A DNA stretch of 39,610 nucleotides. It comes from Anaerolineae bacterium (GTDB taxonomy: Bacteria > Chloroflexota > Anaerolineae > Epilineales > Epilineaceae). Positions 26,268-36,278 of the stretch are shown piece after piece. The notes under the pieces are model-generated. The model saw only the letters and a program-made list of their open reading frames with translations, was not told the origin of the DNA and did not search any database. The DNA lies in NCBI GenBank assembly GCA_029262755.1, contig JAJCYU010000275.1:1-39610 (forward strand), in the 5' to 3' direction. The position numbers were made by a program, and so were the translations under genes. Each line of letters starts with the position of its first letter. Position 1 is the stretch's first letter.

Positions 26268-28931
26268 CTAGCATTCCGAGTGGCCGCACGCGTAGCACTT
26301 CATGCAGCCCTCGACGCGGGCGAAGGTAGCTTGGTGGCACATCGGGCATAGATCCGCGCCCGGGACCGCCGGCGTTGCGCCGCCGACATCGGAGGCCTTC
26401 GCCTCCGGGGTCACCTGCTCGATGGTGTGCACGACCTCGTCGAAGAGGGCGGGCTGTGCGGCGGCGGCGGCCTTCACGTCCAGGTCCTCTTGCAAGGCCT
26501 GTCCGATCGCGTCGGGAATGGAGCGTACGCGGTCCGGACCGAAACCGACCTGGCGGCTGCCACCGATTCCGGCCAGCTCGCTGACCACCAACTTGAGGCG
26601 TTCCGCCGGCGGCAGAGGGCTGGGCATGCGCAGCAGCAAGCTGATGAGACGCCCGATTGCTTCCGCATCGGCTGCCAGATCGCTACCTGCCTTGCCGATG
26701 TTCACAAAGACCTCGAAGGGCTCCGTGCCTTCTACATGGTTGACCGTGACATAGGCCTTGCCCATCGGCGTATTGATGCGGTACGTGTCGCCGCTGGTCT
26801 GCGCCGGCCTCTGTCGTATCTCGCGGCTGAGCGCGGCGACATCCGCGGCTGCGGAGGCGACATCCGCAGCACTCTCGGCGGGGGAGTCGGCCACGTCTTC
26901 CGACGAGCGATCCAGGTGGAGCACCTGCTCGTCGCGGGATCCGTCGCGGTACACGGTGCCGCCCTTGCAGCCCATCTTGTACATATGCTCGTAGAGCTCG
27001 CGGGTTTCATCCAACGTGTACTCGTTGGGCACGTTGCAGGTTTTCGAGATGGCGGAGTCGATCCAGCGTTGGATCGCGGCCTGTGCACCGACGTGCTCGT
27101 GGGGCGTGAGCTCCATCGCGGTGACGAACTCGTTCGGGAGCTCTTCTTGGCCGGGGTTGGCCTCGTGCCACTCGCGCACGACGTCTACGCGTTCTTCGTG
27201 CCATCCGAGGCGGCTCTTGCGGAAGAACGACCAGGAGAAGAAGGGTTCGATGCCGGTCGAGGTACTGACCATCGTGCCCGTGGTACCGGTCGGGGCCTGC
27301 GTGAGCAGGGTGACGTTGCGCACTCCCTTGGCCCGGACGGACTCGCGAACGGCTTCGGGCATACCCTGCATGAAGCCGCTGGCAAGGAATGGCTCCGCTT
27401 CGAAGGCGGGGAAGGGTCCCTTTTCAGCCGCGATGTCGCTTGAGGTCATATAGGCCTGCGTCGCGATGAAGGCGTAGAGGCGCTCGCAGAATTGGTTGCC
27501 TTCCGGGCTCCCGTAGCGCACGCCGCAGCGGACCATCAGCTCGGCAAGGCCCATCGTGCCCATGCCGACCCGGCGCTCTGAGAGCTGTTGGTCCCGGTTC
27601 TCGTCGAAGAAATAGGGGGTCGTGTCGATCACGTTGTCTAGGAAGCGCACGGCGGCGCGTACGCCGCGGCCGAGCCCGTCCCAATCGACGTCGCCGTCCT
27701 GCGCAAAGCGGCCCAAGTTGAGCGCGCCGAGATTGCAAACGCCCCATGCGGGCAGCGGCTGCTCACCGCAAGGGTTTGTGCAGATCAGCGGCGAGAAGTA
27801 GTGCGAGTTGGCCATCTTGTTCGCGCGCTCGATAAACCACAGCCCCGGCTCGGCGCTGGCCCACGCGCTTTCGATAATCGTGTCCCACAGATCGCGTGCA
27901 CGGACCGTGTCGTGCGTGATCACGGGGCGACCGGCTTCGCGCCATGCACCGAGGTCGCCGTCCCATTCCGTGTCGTAATCCGGGTGCTGCGTGTCGGGGA
28001 ACACAAGGTCCCAGTCAGCGTCGGCTTCCACGGCCGCCATGAAATCGTCCGTGACACCGACGGAGATGTTGGCATTGGTGATGCGGCCCATCGTGCGCTT
28101 GGCGCTGATGAACTCCGCGATGTCGGGGTGCCAGATGTTGAGGATGAGCATCAACGCGCCACGCCGGCTGCCACCTTGCTCGATCAGCCCTGTCACGAAG
28201 CTGTACAGCGAGCCCCACGACACAGAACCGCTTGAACGGCCGTTGACACCGCGCACGTAGGCGTAGCGGGGACGCAGTGAAGCCAGGTTGATGCCGACGC
28301 CGCCACCGCGCGACATGATCTCGGTCATCTGGCTGAGCGTCTCGACAATGCCATCCCGCGAGTCCGTGGGGCTGGGAATGACATAACAGTTGTAGTAGGT
28401 CAGATCCTGCTCGGTTCCGGCGGCGGTCAGGATGCGACCGCCAGGCACGAACTTCCAACCTTCCAGCAGCCAGCGGAACTCGGCTTCCCAATGCTCCCTG
28501 AGCTCCGGTTTCTCGATGGCTGCGATGCCCGCGGCGACCCGTGCCTGCATCTGGTCGGGATGGGTCTCCAACGGGCGATCGACATGTTCGAGAGCCCGCT
28601 TCACGACCCGGCCATCGCCGAGCTCCACCTCGGCTTCGCCGTTCTCGATCCGCAGCACGGACCCGATCTCCCGTTGGCCCGTGTCGGCGTCGACACAGAC
28701 GACGACGATGTCGCCGGCACCAAGGTGTTCTTTCTCCATGTCCTTGAGCGCATAGCGGTCGAGAAAGATCTTCTCGCCGAGGTCGTTCAAGAAATTGGTG
28801 TCGCCTTCCGCAACGCGGCTACCGCTTTGCGGTGGAACGCTAGGCTGCATGCCGGCCCGGCCATTGGTCAGAGGCAACCCGCTGGGCAGTGAAGCCTTTG
28901 GGGTCGTGGGGTTGATGTGGAGATCGCTCAC
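26268..28931 (-). CDS. nrdJ: Adenosylcobalamin-dependent (class II) ribonucleotide reductase with TSCPD-like domain and C-terminal Cys cluster
   Basis: FVPGGRIL, NCYVI, QGGSRRGALM, TNPCGEQPL, CNLG, QAPTGTT, SAISKTCN, KGGTVYRDGSR, SIPDAI, CPMC...EGCMKCYACGHSEC; no intein seen. Confidence 0.96.
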   Translation of the reverse strand: MSDLHINPTTPKASLPSGLPLTNGRAGMQPSVPPQSGSRVAEGDTNFLNDLGEKIFLDRYALKDMEKEHLGAGDIVVVCVDADTGQREIGSVLRIENGEAEVELGDGRVVKRALEHVDRPLETHPDQMQARVAAGIAAIEKPELREHWEAEFRWLLEGWKFVPGGRILTAAGTEQDLTYYNCYVIPSPTDSRDGIVETLSQMTEIMSRGGGVGINLASLRPRYAYVRGVNGRSSGSVSWGSLYSFVTGLIEQGGSRRGALMLILNIWHPDIAEFISAKRTMGRITNANISVGVTDDFMAAVEADADWDLVFPDTQHPDYDTEWDGDLGAWREAGRPVITHDTVRARDLWDTIIESAWASAEPGLWFIERANKMANSHYFSPLICTNPCGEQPLPAWGVCNLGALNLGRFAQDGDVDWDGLGRGVRAAVRFLDNVIDTTPYFFDENRDQQLSERRVGMGTMGLAELMVRCGVRYGSPEGNQFCERLYAFIATQAYMTSSDIAAEKGPFPAFEAEPFLASGFMQGMPEAVRESVRAKGVRNVTLLTQAPTGTTGTMVSTSTGIEPFFSWSFFRKSRLGWHEERVDVVREWHEANPGQEELPNEFVTAMELTPHEHVGAQAAIQRWIDSAISKTCNVPNEYTLDETRELYEHMYKMGCKGGTVYRDGSRDEQVLHLDRSSEDVADSPAESAADVASAAADVAALSREIRQRPAQTSGDTYRINTPMGKAYVTVNHVEGTEPFEVFVNIGKAGSDLAADAEAIGRLISLLLRMPSPLPPAERLKLVVSELAGIGGSRQVGFGPDRVRSIPDAIGQALQEDLDVKAAAAAQPALFDEVVHTIEQVTPEAKASDVGGATPAVPGADLCPMCHQATFARVEGCMKCYACGHSEC

Positions 28932-29030
28932 GAATGCCTCCTGATAGACCGACCAGGCGGGGTGCGCCGCGGTCGCGGGGGAAAGACGGACACCGCCGCG
29001 CGCAGCGCGACGGCAGTAGGTTGCTTGGCG

Positions 29031-29519
29031 CTAGAAGCCCAGCGGCATCTGCCGCTTCTGCTCCTCATCGCGCATTTTCTGATCTCGGAGTCGTTCGATC
29101 TCGCTGACGAGCACCTCGAGATCGGTGAAGCGGCGGTACACGCTGGCGAAACGTACGTAGGCGACGTCGTCGAGCTTGCGAAGGTGGTTCATCACGAGCT
29201 CGCCGATGATCGGTCCGGCGACCTCGCTCTTGCCCATGCGATAGAGCTGAATCTCCACCGCGGATGCGACCTCTTCGATCGTATCGGCGGATATCGGCCG
29301 CTTGACGCACGCGAGACGTAGACCACGGGTCAACTTTTCGCGGTCAAAGTCTTCCCTCCGGTTGTCGCTCTTGACGACCTGGAGGTTGGCCGAAGCCACC
29401 CGCTCGTAGGTTGTGAAGCGCTCGCGACACCCGTCGCACTCGCGCCGCCTGCGAATGGCGCTCGACACCTCGCGCGTGTCCACGACGTGACTCGGCCCTT
29501 GGCAGTAGGGGCACTTCAT
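29031..29519 (-). CDS. nrdR: Transcriptional repressor NrdR
   Basis: MKCPYC, IRRRRECDGCRERFTTYE, ATP cone, VAYVRFASVYR. Confidence 0.98.
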   Translation of the reverse strand: MKCPYCQGPSHVVDTREVSSAIRRRRECDGCRERFTTYERVASANLQVVKSDNRREDFDREKLTRGLRLACVKRPISADTIEEVASAVEIQLYRMGKSEVAGPIIGELVMNHLRKLDDVAYVRFASVYRRFTDLEVLVSEIERLRDQKMRDEEQKRQMPLGF

Positions 29520-29576
29520 GCGACGCTCCTGGGAACGAGCGAACCAGGACCGAAATTGGGCGGCCTGGCGGGTGGT

Positions 29577-29641
29577 TGGGGATATCGTGTGGACAACAAT
29601 GGGTCAGACGGTGGATGATCCTGTGGACAAGCCGTGGACGA
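29577..29641 (-). promoter_or_regulatory. Array of co-oriented DnaA-box-like 9-mers
   Basis: TTGTCCACA at 29588-29596 and 29622-29630; degenerate ATATCCCCA (29577), TCATCCACC (29610) and TCGTCCACG (29633). Confidence 0.65.
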
Positions 29642-29646
29642 CCGAG

Positions 29647-29694
29647 ACCCCGCATGTAGGGGGGCTGGACGAAGGACTCCACCATATGTTGTGG
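29647..29694. promoter_or_regulatory. Tandem NrdR boxes
   Basis: CCACCATATGTTGTGG (29679-29694) and ACCCCGCATGTAGGGG (29647-29662), starts 32 bp apart, fitting the acaCwAtATaTwGtg consensus and typical spacing. Confidence 0.8.
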
Positions 29695-29706
29695 CCCGAC
29701 CCGGCG

Positions 29707-29715
29707 ATTCTATCA
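29707..29715 (-). promoter_or_regulatory. Extended -10 promoter of nrdR-nrdJ
   Basis: TGATAGAAT on the minus strand immediately upstream of the NrdR boxes. Confidence 0.65.
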
Positions 29716-29864
29716 CAGGCACCCGACGCACCGCAACCGCATTTCTTGGCCGAACGTCACGACCGCGTCACAGGAAAGCGAACGCGAGCACGGCCACGGG
29801 AAACACATCCCCATGGCCGTGCAAGCGTTCGCTACGCAGCGCAAAATTCGCGCCCCAAGGCCCG

Positions 29865-30992
29865 CTAGCTGCGGTTGCGCAGGAAGGCGGGCACCTCCAG
29901 ATCGGTCTCGAAACCGGGTCGGCGAGGAGTGCGCGGAGCCGGCGCCGGCGCGCTCGTGCCGGTGCCCGTTCGCGTCTCCGGACGCCGCCGCCGCGGCATG
30001 TCGATGACGTTGGCCAAACCGGGACGGCCCTCGGCCCGTGCCTCAGCGCGGAAACCGGTGGCGATCACGGTGATGCGCAACTCTTCCGTCATATCCGGGT
30101 CCAGCACGGCGCCGAAGATGATGTTCGCGTCCCGATCGACGTGCTGCCCGATGACCTCGGCCGCATCATTGACCTCCTGAAGCGTCATGTCCATGCCGCC
30201 GGTGACGTTGAAGAGCACGCCCGTAGCGCCGTCGATGGTCACGTCGAGCAACGGGCTCGCGATCGCGCGCTCCGCGGCCTCCAGCGCACGGTTCTCACCA
30301 TTCGCGCGCCCGACCGACATCAACGCGGCGCCGCCGTCCGACATGATCGTCCGCACGTCCGCGAAGTCCAGATTGATCAGGCCGGGAACCGTGATCAGCT
30401 CCGAGATTCCCTGAATACCTTGGTGGAGCACCTCGTCCGCGGCGCGGAACGCGTCCTGGAAGGTAATCCGATGATCGCCCAACGTCATCAAGCGATCATT
30501 CGGGATCACGATCAAGGTGTCGACATTTTCGGCCAGCCGCTCGATGCCTTCCGTCGCGGAATTGAGCCGCGGCGAGCCCTCGAACGAGAAGGGCTTGGTG
30601 ACGACACCGATGGTCAGCGCGCCCGCAGCGCGCGCGATCTCGGCCACCACCGGTGCAGCGCCCGTGCCGGTGCCGCCGCCCATGCCCGCGGTGACGAAGA
30701 CCATGTCCGCGCCGCTAAGGCTGGCTTCGAGATCCTCGCGGCTCTCCTCGGCGGCCTTCTCACCGACCTCGCCGCGGCCACCCGCGCCGAGACCCTTCGT
30801 CAGCTTTGTGCCGATCTGCAATCGCTGGCCCGCCTGTGAGAGCTGCAGCGCTTGCGCGTCCGTGTTGACGGCGACGAATTCGACGCCGGCCAGACCCTCA
30901 GCGATCATGCGGTTCACGGCGTTGCTGCCACCGCCGCCGACACCGATGACCTTGATTGTTGCCAGACTGTCCGACTCAAACGGGCGGTTCAT
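29865..30992 (-). CDS. ftsZ: Cell division protein FtsZ
   Basis: [33 protein letters not shown]-terminal [18 protein letters not shown] before ATG 30992. Confidence 0.98.
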   Translation of the reverse strand: MNRPFESDSLATIKVIGVGGGGSNAVNRMIAEGLAGVEFVAVNTDAQALQLSQAGQRLQIGTKLTKGLGAGGRGEVGEKAAEESREDLEASLSGADMVFVTAGMGGGTGTGAAPVVAEIARAAGALTIGVVTKPFSFEGSPRLNSATEGIERLAENVDTLIVIPNDRLMTLGDHRITFQDAFRAADEVLHQGIQGISELITVPGLINLDFADVRTIMSDGGAALMSVGRANGENRALEAAERAIASPLLDVTIDGATGVLFNVTGGMDMTLQEVNDAAEVIGQHVDRDANIIFGAVLDPDMTEELRITVIATGFRAEARAEGRPGLANVIDMPRRRRPETRTGTGTSAPAPAPRTPRRPGFETDLEVPAFLRNRS

Positions 30993-31179
30993 GACTGCCT
31001 CCTGGTTCTTGCGAGTCCCGGGAATCGTGCCGGGCCCATTGTGTGCGAGTTTCGCGGGCGTGTCACCCGCGGTGGATCCGAATGCCGACGAAGAAGAATT
31101 TCCAATCGCGTTTTGGTGGTGCCGAGTCTCGATGGGGCAACCTCCTGTCTCCAAGTGGTTCGGGTGGTACAAGTGTCGG

Positions 31180-32424
31180 CTAGTGAATGCCGTTGCGGCC
31201 GTCGCGGCGAGGCAGAAGCGCCTGCCGCATCCAGTCCAACATCGATGCCGATGTGCCCCCTGCGCCGCGGCGCGGCAGCGGGTCGTGGGCCTGTTTTGCG
31301 CTCCAGCGGAGCAAGCCGACCGCGGCCGCGTGGCCCGGACCTCCTGCCGCGTCCGTCAGCCCTACAACATCTCGCGGGCGGCCGATGCGTACCGGCAAGT
31401 GCAGGGTCTCGTGCAACCGTCGTGCGAGGCCGCTCAGCTCCGTGCCGCCGCCCACCAACACCACACCGGCCGGCGGACCGTCGACGTACTCCGCACTCTG
31501 GATCTCCTCCATGACCATGGATGCGATCTCGTCGATGCGCGCAGCGAGCACCTCGCTCACATCGCGGCGTCCGACGCGTCGTCGTGACTCCTCGCCGAAG
31601 GGGGTGATCTCGATTTCCGTGCGTTCGTCGTCATGCTCCGGCAGGACATGGCCGTGTGTCTGCTTCAACCGCTCCGCCTGTTCGAACGGGGTCTGGAACA
31701 TGACGGCCAGGTCGTTGGTCAAATGCCGACCGCCCAACCCGACGGTTGCAGAGTGAACGAGCGCTCCCTCGCGGTAGCAGGCGACGCCCGTAACGGCATG
31801 TCCCATATCCATCACCACGACACCGAGCTCACGCTCGTCCGGTGTCAGGGTCGCTTCCGCGGCGGCCAGGGTGGAGAGGACGAAACGGGCCGGCGCAATC
31901 TCCGCCATGCCGACGCAACGTCGCAGGTTGTTGAACGCAGCTTGACTGCCCGTGACCACATGCACCGACGAATGCAGTCGGAAGCCCTCCATGCCGCTCG
32001 GATCGGCGAGCACCGGGCCCTCGTCGACCTGAAAGTGCCGGGGCACGACGTGCAGGACTTCGCGTTCGGGGCCGATCGGCACGGTGCCGGCCGCCTCCAG
32101 CGCACGAGCGACATCCTGCGCGTCCACGGGTCGGGGCCTGCGGCCGCAGGGTACGTCCGCGCCGTTGTTACGGCTGTGAATATGCAGGCCCGTGATGCCG
32201 ATGACCGCGGAATCGAAGCTGTCACCGGCCAGGCGCTCCGCCCGGTCGACGCTGGCGGCGATGGCGCCTGCCGCATCCTCGACGTTCACAACCTCGCCTG
32301 CCCGGATTCCTTCCGCCGGCGCGTGGCCGACGCCTAGGATCCGAACGCCTCCCCCTGGGCCGGGGAGCAGCTCGCCGATGAGTGCGGCGATCTTGTGCGA
32401 GCCCACATCGATGCCGATGATCAT
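31180..32424 (-). CDS. ftsA: Cell division protein FtsA
   Basis: [43 protein letters not shown] 32424 forms an ATGA overlap with ftsQ. Confidence 0.95.
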   Translation of the reverse strand: MIIGIDVGSHKIAALIGELLPGPGGGVRILGVGHAPAEGIRAGEVVNVEDAAGAIAASVDRAERLAGDSFDSAVIGITGLHIHSRNNGADVPCGRRPRPVDAQDVARALEAAGTVPIGPEREVLHVVPRHFQVDEGPVLADPSGMEGFRLHSSVHVVTGSQAAFNNLRRCVGMAEIAPARFVLSTLAAAEATLTPDERELGVVVMDMGHAVTGVACYREGALVHSATVGLGGRHLTNDLAVMFQTPFEQAERLKQTHGHVLPEHDDERTEIEITPFGEESRRRVGRRDVSEVLAARIDEIASMVMEEIQSAEYVDGPPAGVVLVGGGTELSGLARRLHETLHLPVRIGRPRDVVGLTDAAGGPGHAAAVGLLRWSAKQAHDPLPRRGAGGTSASMLDWMRQALLPRRDGRNGIH

Positions 32425-33287
32425 GAGCCGTTCTCCTCGCCGCGAATGCGGTAATAGGGTCGTGTGGGATAGCGCAGGTCCACCATCTCTACCGCATCGG
32501 ACCAGGGCGCAAGGCGTTGGCTCAAGGCATCCAGCACCGCCAGTTGGCGTGAGACGAGAGCCGGATCTTGGCCTAGCCGTAGCTCCCATCCGTCCTCGGT
32601 GGCGGCTACGTAGCCGTGCTCGTCATCCCAGACCAGGCGCTCGAAGCGCTTGGACAAGGCAAGAGCTGCCGCGACGCGCTCCGGCCCGATGGACGACCCG
32701 ACTGCTGGCGGCTCCCCGGAAGCCAGCCGGACAGGGATAAGCGCGGCGAGCCGCGCTGGGTCCGCCGGCGGCGGCATCACCGTGCCGACCTCGTCGACGG
32801 CCATCGCGCCTGAGATGCCGGAAATCAGGAGTAGCGGCTGTGTCTCCTCGACCCGGATCTCTGCGCGTGCCGGTACGGCAAGCGATACCCAGGCACGTCG
32901 TACTTCGGGCAAGGCCTCGACAGCCGCCTCGGCAACGCGGGGATCGACCGTGAGCACGTGGCGTCCTTCCAGGCCGGAAGCAGCGTACAAGGCGCCGTTG
33001 CCCAAGCGGATGTTGCCGGATATCACGGCGCCGGACACGCGCTGCGACGGCGATACGACGAGCCACACCGCGACCGCGAACAGGCCGAGACTCGCTGCGG
33101 CCGAGAGCAGGCGCGACGGATGGCGTCGCGCATGCGACCAGGCCAGCCTTGGCGTCAGAGCCGGAGCGCGGCGGCGGTTCGTGACGCGCGGCGCGACCAT
33201 CCGCCCGCCTTGGGGTGGGTTCTCCTTGCGTCGTGCTCGCCACGCCCGCAGGACCCGCTTGCGCTTTCGTCGTGCGCTAAACGTCAT
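32421..33287 (-). CDS. ftsQ: Cell division protein FtsQ/DivIB
   Basis: Basic N-terminus, one TM helix, POTRA-like domain (ISGN...LPEVRRAWV...IRVEE), C-terminal VDLRYP; lies between murB and ftsA; GGAGG RBS. Confidence 0.85.
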   Translation of the reverse strand: MTFSARRKRKRVLRAWRARRKENPPQGGRMVAPRVTNRRRAPALTPRLAWSHARRHPSRLLSAAASLGLFAVAVWLVVSPSQRVSGAVISGNIRLGNGALYAASGLEGRHVLTVDPRVAEAAVEALPEVRRAWVSLAVPARAEIRVEETQPLLLISGISGAMAVDEVGTVMPPPADPARLAALIPVRLASGEPPAVGSSIGPERVAAALALSKRFERLVWDDEHGYVAATEDGWELRLGQDPALVSRQLAVLDALSQRLAPWSDAVEMVDLRYPTRPYYRIRGEENGS

Positions 33288-35727
33288 GGGAGCGGCCTCC
33301 AAGCGTTTCGATCTCAAGGTGAAGGTCGACGCCGAATCGGCTACGTACACGTCCGTGAGCCTCTTTGATGAGGCCCTGGACGTCCGCGGCGCGGGCGCCA
33401 CCGCGATTGATAAAGAAGTTTGCGTGTTTCGTCGACACCTCGGCCGCGCCGAGGCGCTGGCCCTTGAGTCCCGCCGCCTCGATCAAGCGACCGGCATAGT
33501 CGCCTTCGGGATTGCGGAACATGGATCCCACGGAGGGCGACGACGGCTGGGTCGCTCGACGGTGTGCGGTGAACGTGGCGATGCGCGCTCGGATGGCGTC
33601 GGGGTCGTCCGCGTGGAGGCGGAGTTCCGCGCGCAGGATGACCAGATCGTGCCGGCCCTTGATGGCACTGTCGCGATAGCGGAGCGCGAGGGCATCCACG
33701 GGCCACCATGAGCGCTCGCCCGTCGCGTCGCTCACCTCGACGCGCAGGATGCTGTCCTCCATCTGCCAACCGTGGGCGCCGGCATTGTTCACGATGGCGC
33801 CGGCGACGCTGCCCGGAATCCCGACCCCGGCTTCCAGCCCGGCCCAGCCTTGGCGCGCTAACGAATGCGCTAGGGCGGCGAGCGTGACACCGCCTTCCGT
33901 ATGGAGGACGGCCGAGTCACCCGCGGCCGCGGAGTGCTCCCGTACCGTCCAAGCCTCGCAGCGGTTGACCAACACGATGCCCGGCAGGCCGTCATCGTCG
34001 ATCAAGATATTCGATCCGCGCCCGATAACGTGACAGGGCGCACCGTGCTCATGCGCCAAGCGCGCCCAGCCGGCGAGCGCATCGGGATCTTCCACGACGA
34101 CCACGAGATCGGCCGGACCACCTACCCGCAACGATGTGAACGCGGACAGATCCATGGCACCCATCCGGCGGCCCGGCAACGCTTCAGCGTCCGCGGTGAG
34201 CGCCACACGGGCCACGGCGCGGGCGCCGAGCGCCCGCAGCGCGGCGCGGCTGGCGCGCGGAATGTCCCCTGCGCCGAGGAACAACGCGGTTGCCGGACCG
34301 GTGGCCTCGGCGGCGATCAATGCAGCCGAGGCGTCTATATCCGGCACGAGGCGTGAGCCTTCCAAGCGTGCCGCGAGGGCTTCACTCCGCACACCCGGAA
34401 AATCGGCCGCCCGCTCGCGTGCGCCGAAAATGGGCGTCCATACCACGTGGTCGGCGCGCCCGGCGGCGTCGGCAAACCCCTGTTCCATCACGGCCACGCG
34501 CGAGAACGTATGGGGCTGAACGACCGACCACAGCGTGTCCTGCGGCCAGCGCGCCCGGGCGGCGTCGATCGTCGCGCGGATCTCGGTCGGGTGGTGTGCG
34601 TAGTCGTCCACAACGCGCACGCCGCCGATCCGGCCCAGCACGTCCATCCGCCGCTCTGCTCCCCGGTAGGCCGCGAGTCCCTGACGCTGGTCGACGGGTT
34701 CGAGTCCAAGCGCGGCGCAGACGGCGACCACGGCAAGGGCGTTTGCCACGTTGTGTCGGCCGTGCAGGTGAATGACGAACGTGCCCAGACACGTCCCGTC
34801 GCGCGAAACATCGAAAACGGTGCGCGTCGCTTCGGTCACGATACCGTGCGCGAACCAACGCGGCCGAAGATCGTCGGCGATCGCGTCGCCCTCGACGGCG
34901 TAGACCTCCGTCGTCGCCTTGCTCGCAGCCGCAAGTGCGGACGCGTTCGGAGTGCCGCCCCATAGGATGAGCCGCCCCGCGGAGCGCACGAGGCCTGCAA
35001 ACTCCAGGAAGGCCTGCTCGACGCCTGCCGCGGTGTAGATATCCGGGTGGTCGTGCTCTACGTTCGTGATGACGGCAACGAAAGGGTGACCATGGTGGAA
35101 GGACTGGTCGTATTCGTCGGCTTCGACGAGCACGAGTCCCTCGGCCTGCGGTTCGTCCGGCGCTTCACTACGTGTGCCGGCCGCGCCGGCGCGCGCGTTG
35201 CTGCCCATGGCGTCCACCGCGCCACCGACGAAGACGGTTGGATCGAGACCGGCGGCGAGCAGCACCGTGGCCAGCCAGCCGGTCGTCGTGGTCTTTCCAT
35301 GGGTGCCGGCGATGGCAACGCCTGTGCCGTTGTCCATCAACGCGCCGAGCAATTCCGCCCGTTTGTGTACCGGAATTCCACGCTCCACGGCGCAGCGCAA
35401 CTCTACATTCTCCGGCGGAATCGCGGGCGATGGAATCAGCATTTTGGTAGTGGCGGGCACGTGATCCGCGTGGTGCGTGTCGTGGACCACGATGCCGGCG
35501 GCGCCGAGGCGCTCGAGCGCGAAGCTCGGCGAACGATCGCTGCCCGAAACGCGAAGGCCCCGCGCCGAGAGAACCAGCGCCAGCCCGCTCATCCCCGCGC
35601 CGCCGATACCGACCAGGTGAACCGCATCACCCGGGCGCAGTGCCGGGAGGTTGTCGGAGCCCGGCCAGCCGGTCCCGCGCGCTGTCGGGGCCATGGTAGT
35701 TCGCGCCGCCGCGTTGGACGAGGTCAT
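33277..35727 (-). CDS. murC-murB: Fused MurC (UDP-MurNAc-L-Ala ligase) - MurB (UDP-GlcNAc-enolpyruvate reductase), 816 aa
   Basis: MurC: VHLVGIGGAGMSGLA, GTHGKTTT, EADEYD, DDYAHHPTEI. MurB in the same frame: GRGSNIL, GIPGSVAGAIVNNAGAHG, GSMFRNP, HANF. ATG 35727 forms an ATGA overlap. Confidence 0.93.
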   Translation of the reverse strand: MTSSNAAARTTMAPTARGTGWPGSDNLPALRPGDAVHLVGIGGAGMSGLALVLSARGLRVSGSDRSPSFALERLGAAGIVVHDTHHADHVPATTKMLIPSPAIPPENVELRCAVERGIPVHKRAELLGALMDNGTGVAIAGTHGKTTTTGWLATVLLAAGLDPTVFVGGAVDAMGSNARAGAAGTRSEAPDEPQAEGLVLVEADEYDQSFHHGHPFVAVITNVEHDHPDIYTAAGVEQAFLEFAGLVRSAGRLILWGGTPNASALAAASKATTEVYAVEGDAIADDLRPRWFAHGIVTEATRTVFDVSRDGTCLGTFVIHLHGRHNVANALAVVAVCAALGLEPVDQRQGLAAYRGAERRMDVLGRIGGVRVVDDYAHHPTEIRATIDAARARWPQDTLWSVVQPHTFSRVAVMEQGFADAAGRADHVVWTPIFGARERAADFPGVRSEALAARLEGSRLVPDIDASAALIAAEATGPATALFLGAGDIPRASRAALRALGARAVARVALTADAEALPGRRMGAMDLSAFTSLRVGGPADLVVVVEDPDALAGWARLAHEHGAPCHVIGRGSNILIDDDGLPGIVLVNRCEAWTVREHSAAAGDSAVLHTEGGVTLAALAHSLARQGWAGLEAGVGIPGSVAGAIVNNAGAHGWQMEDSILRVEVSDATGERSWWPVDALALRYRDSAIKGRHDLVILRAELRLHADDPDAIRARIATFTAHRRATQPSSPSVGSMFRNPEGDYAGRLIEAAGLKGQRLGAAEVSTKHANFFINRGGARAADVQGLIKEAHGRVRSRFGVDLHLEIETLGGRSHDV

Positions 35728-36278
35728 CGTACGACCCGCAGGAAGACGAGGAAGGCAAGGAAGCCGCCGAGCACCCACGGCTCTTGGCCGTCCGGAATCA
35801 ACTCGAGCGGTGCAAGCGCCACCCAGCGCGACGCGCGTTCGCTTAGTGGCGGCACGAACCAGCCAAGCGCCTGCTGCGGATAGCCAAGGCGGTGCGTGTA
35901 CTGCCACGCCGTCCACACGACGATCCAGCCGTTGAATAGGCCGATAAGCATGTCGAACACGAGGCCCGTGACCGCATTCGGCGGCCACTTGCCCGCGAAG
36001 CTCAATGTCTGGCCGGCGTAGACCATGACCACCCAGGCTCCGATAAACGCGAGGATCACGAACCATTGGACCAGCGCCAAGTCCGGCGCAGCTTCCGGGT
36101 TCCCTCGGTACAGCAACCCGTACACGATGCGCCCCAAGCGCTCGCCGAACACCGCCAGCGCGAAGAGCATCGCCGTGTAAGCAACGGTGGCACCCAGCTC
36201 GCGCGGAAATTTGCGCGCCATGCCGACGAAGCCGAAGACGATCATCAAGATGACGCTCATATACTCGACGGGAATCAT
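35724..36278 (-). CDS. CvpA-like integral membrane protein (184 aa)
   Basis: Starts MIPVEY at ATG 36278 (ATGA overlap); about 5 TM helices; GMARKFPRELG and MLIGLFNGW resemble CvpA motifs. Confidence 0.65.
   Translation of the reverse strand: MIPVEYMSVILMIVFGFVGMARKFPRELGATVAYTAMLFALAVFGERLGRIVYGLLYRGNPEAAPDLALVQWFVILAFIGAWVVMVYAGQTLSFAGKWPPNAVTGLVFDMLIGLFNGWIVVWTAWQYTHRLGYPQQALGWFVPPLSERASRWVALAPLELIPDGQEPWVLGGFLAFLVFLRVVR

Noticed and set aside
26268..28931. Intein, intron or cobalamin riboswitch associated with nrdJ
   Set aside because: The catalytic motifs are contiguous, and no splice motifs or B12-box were seen upstream.
29577..29641. Possible oriC or CRISPR/iteron repeat
   Set aside because: No AT-rich unwinding element, dnaA or rep gene nearby, and the units are 9 bp with no spacers. 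Retained only as a DnaA-box array.
30993..31179. 187-bp ftsA-ftsZ spacer with an AGGAGG and a small hairpin, possible sORF or ncRNA
   Set aside because: No suitably spaced start codon or recognisable RNA motif. The in-frame extension of ftsZ in the ORF track has no support.
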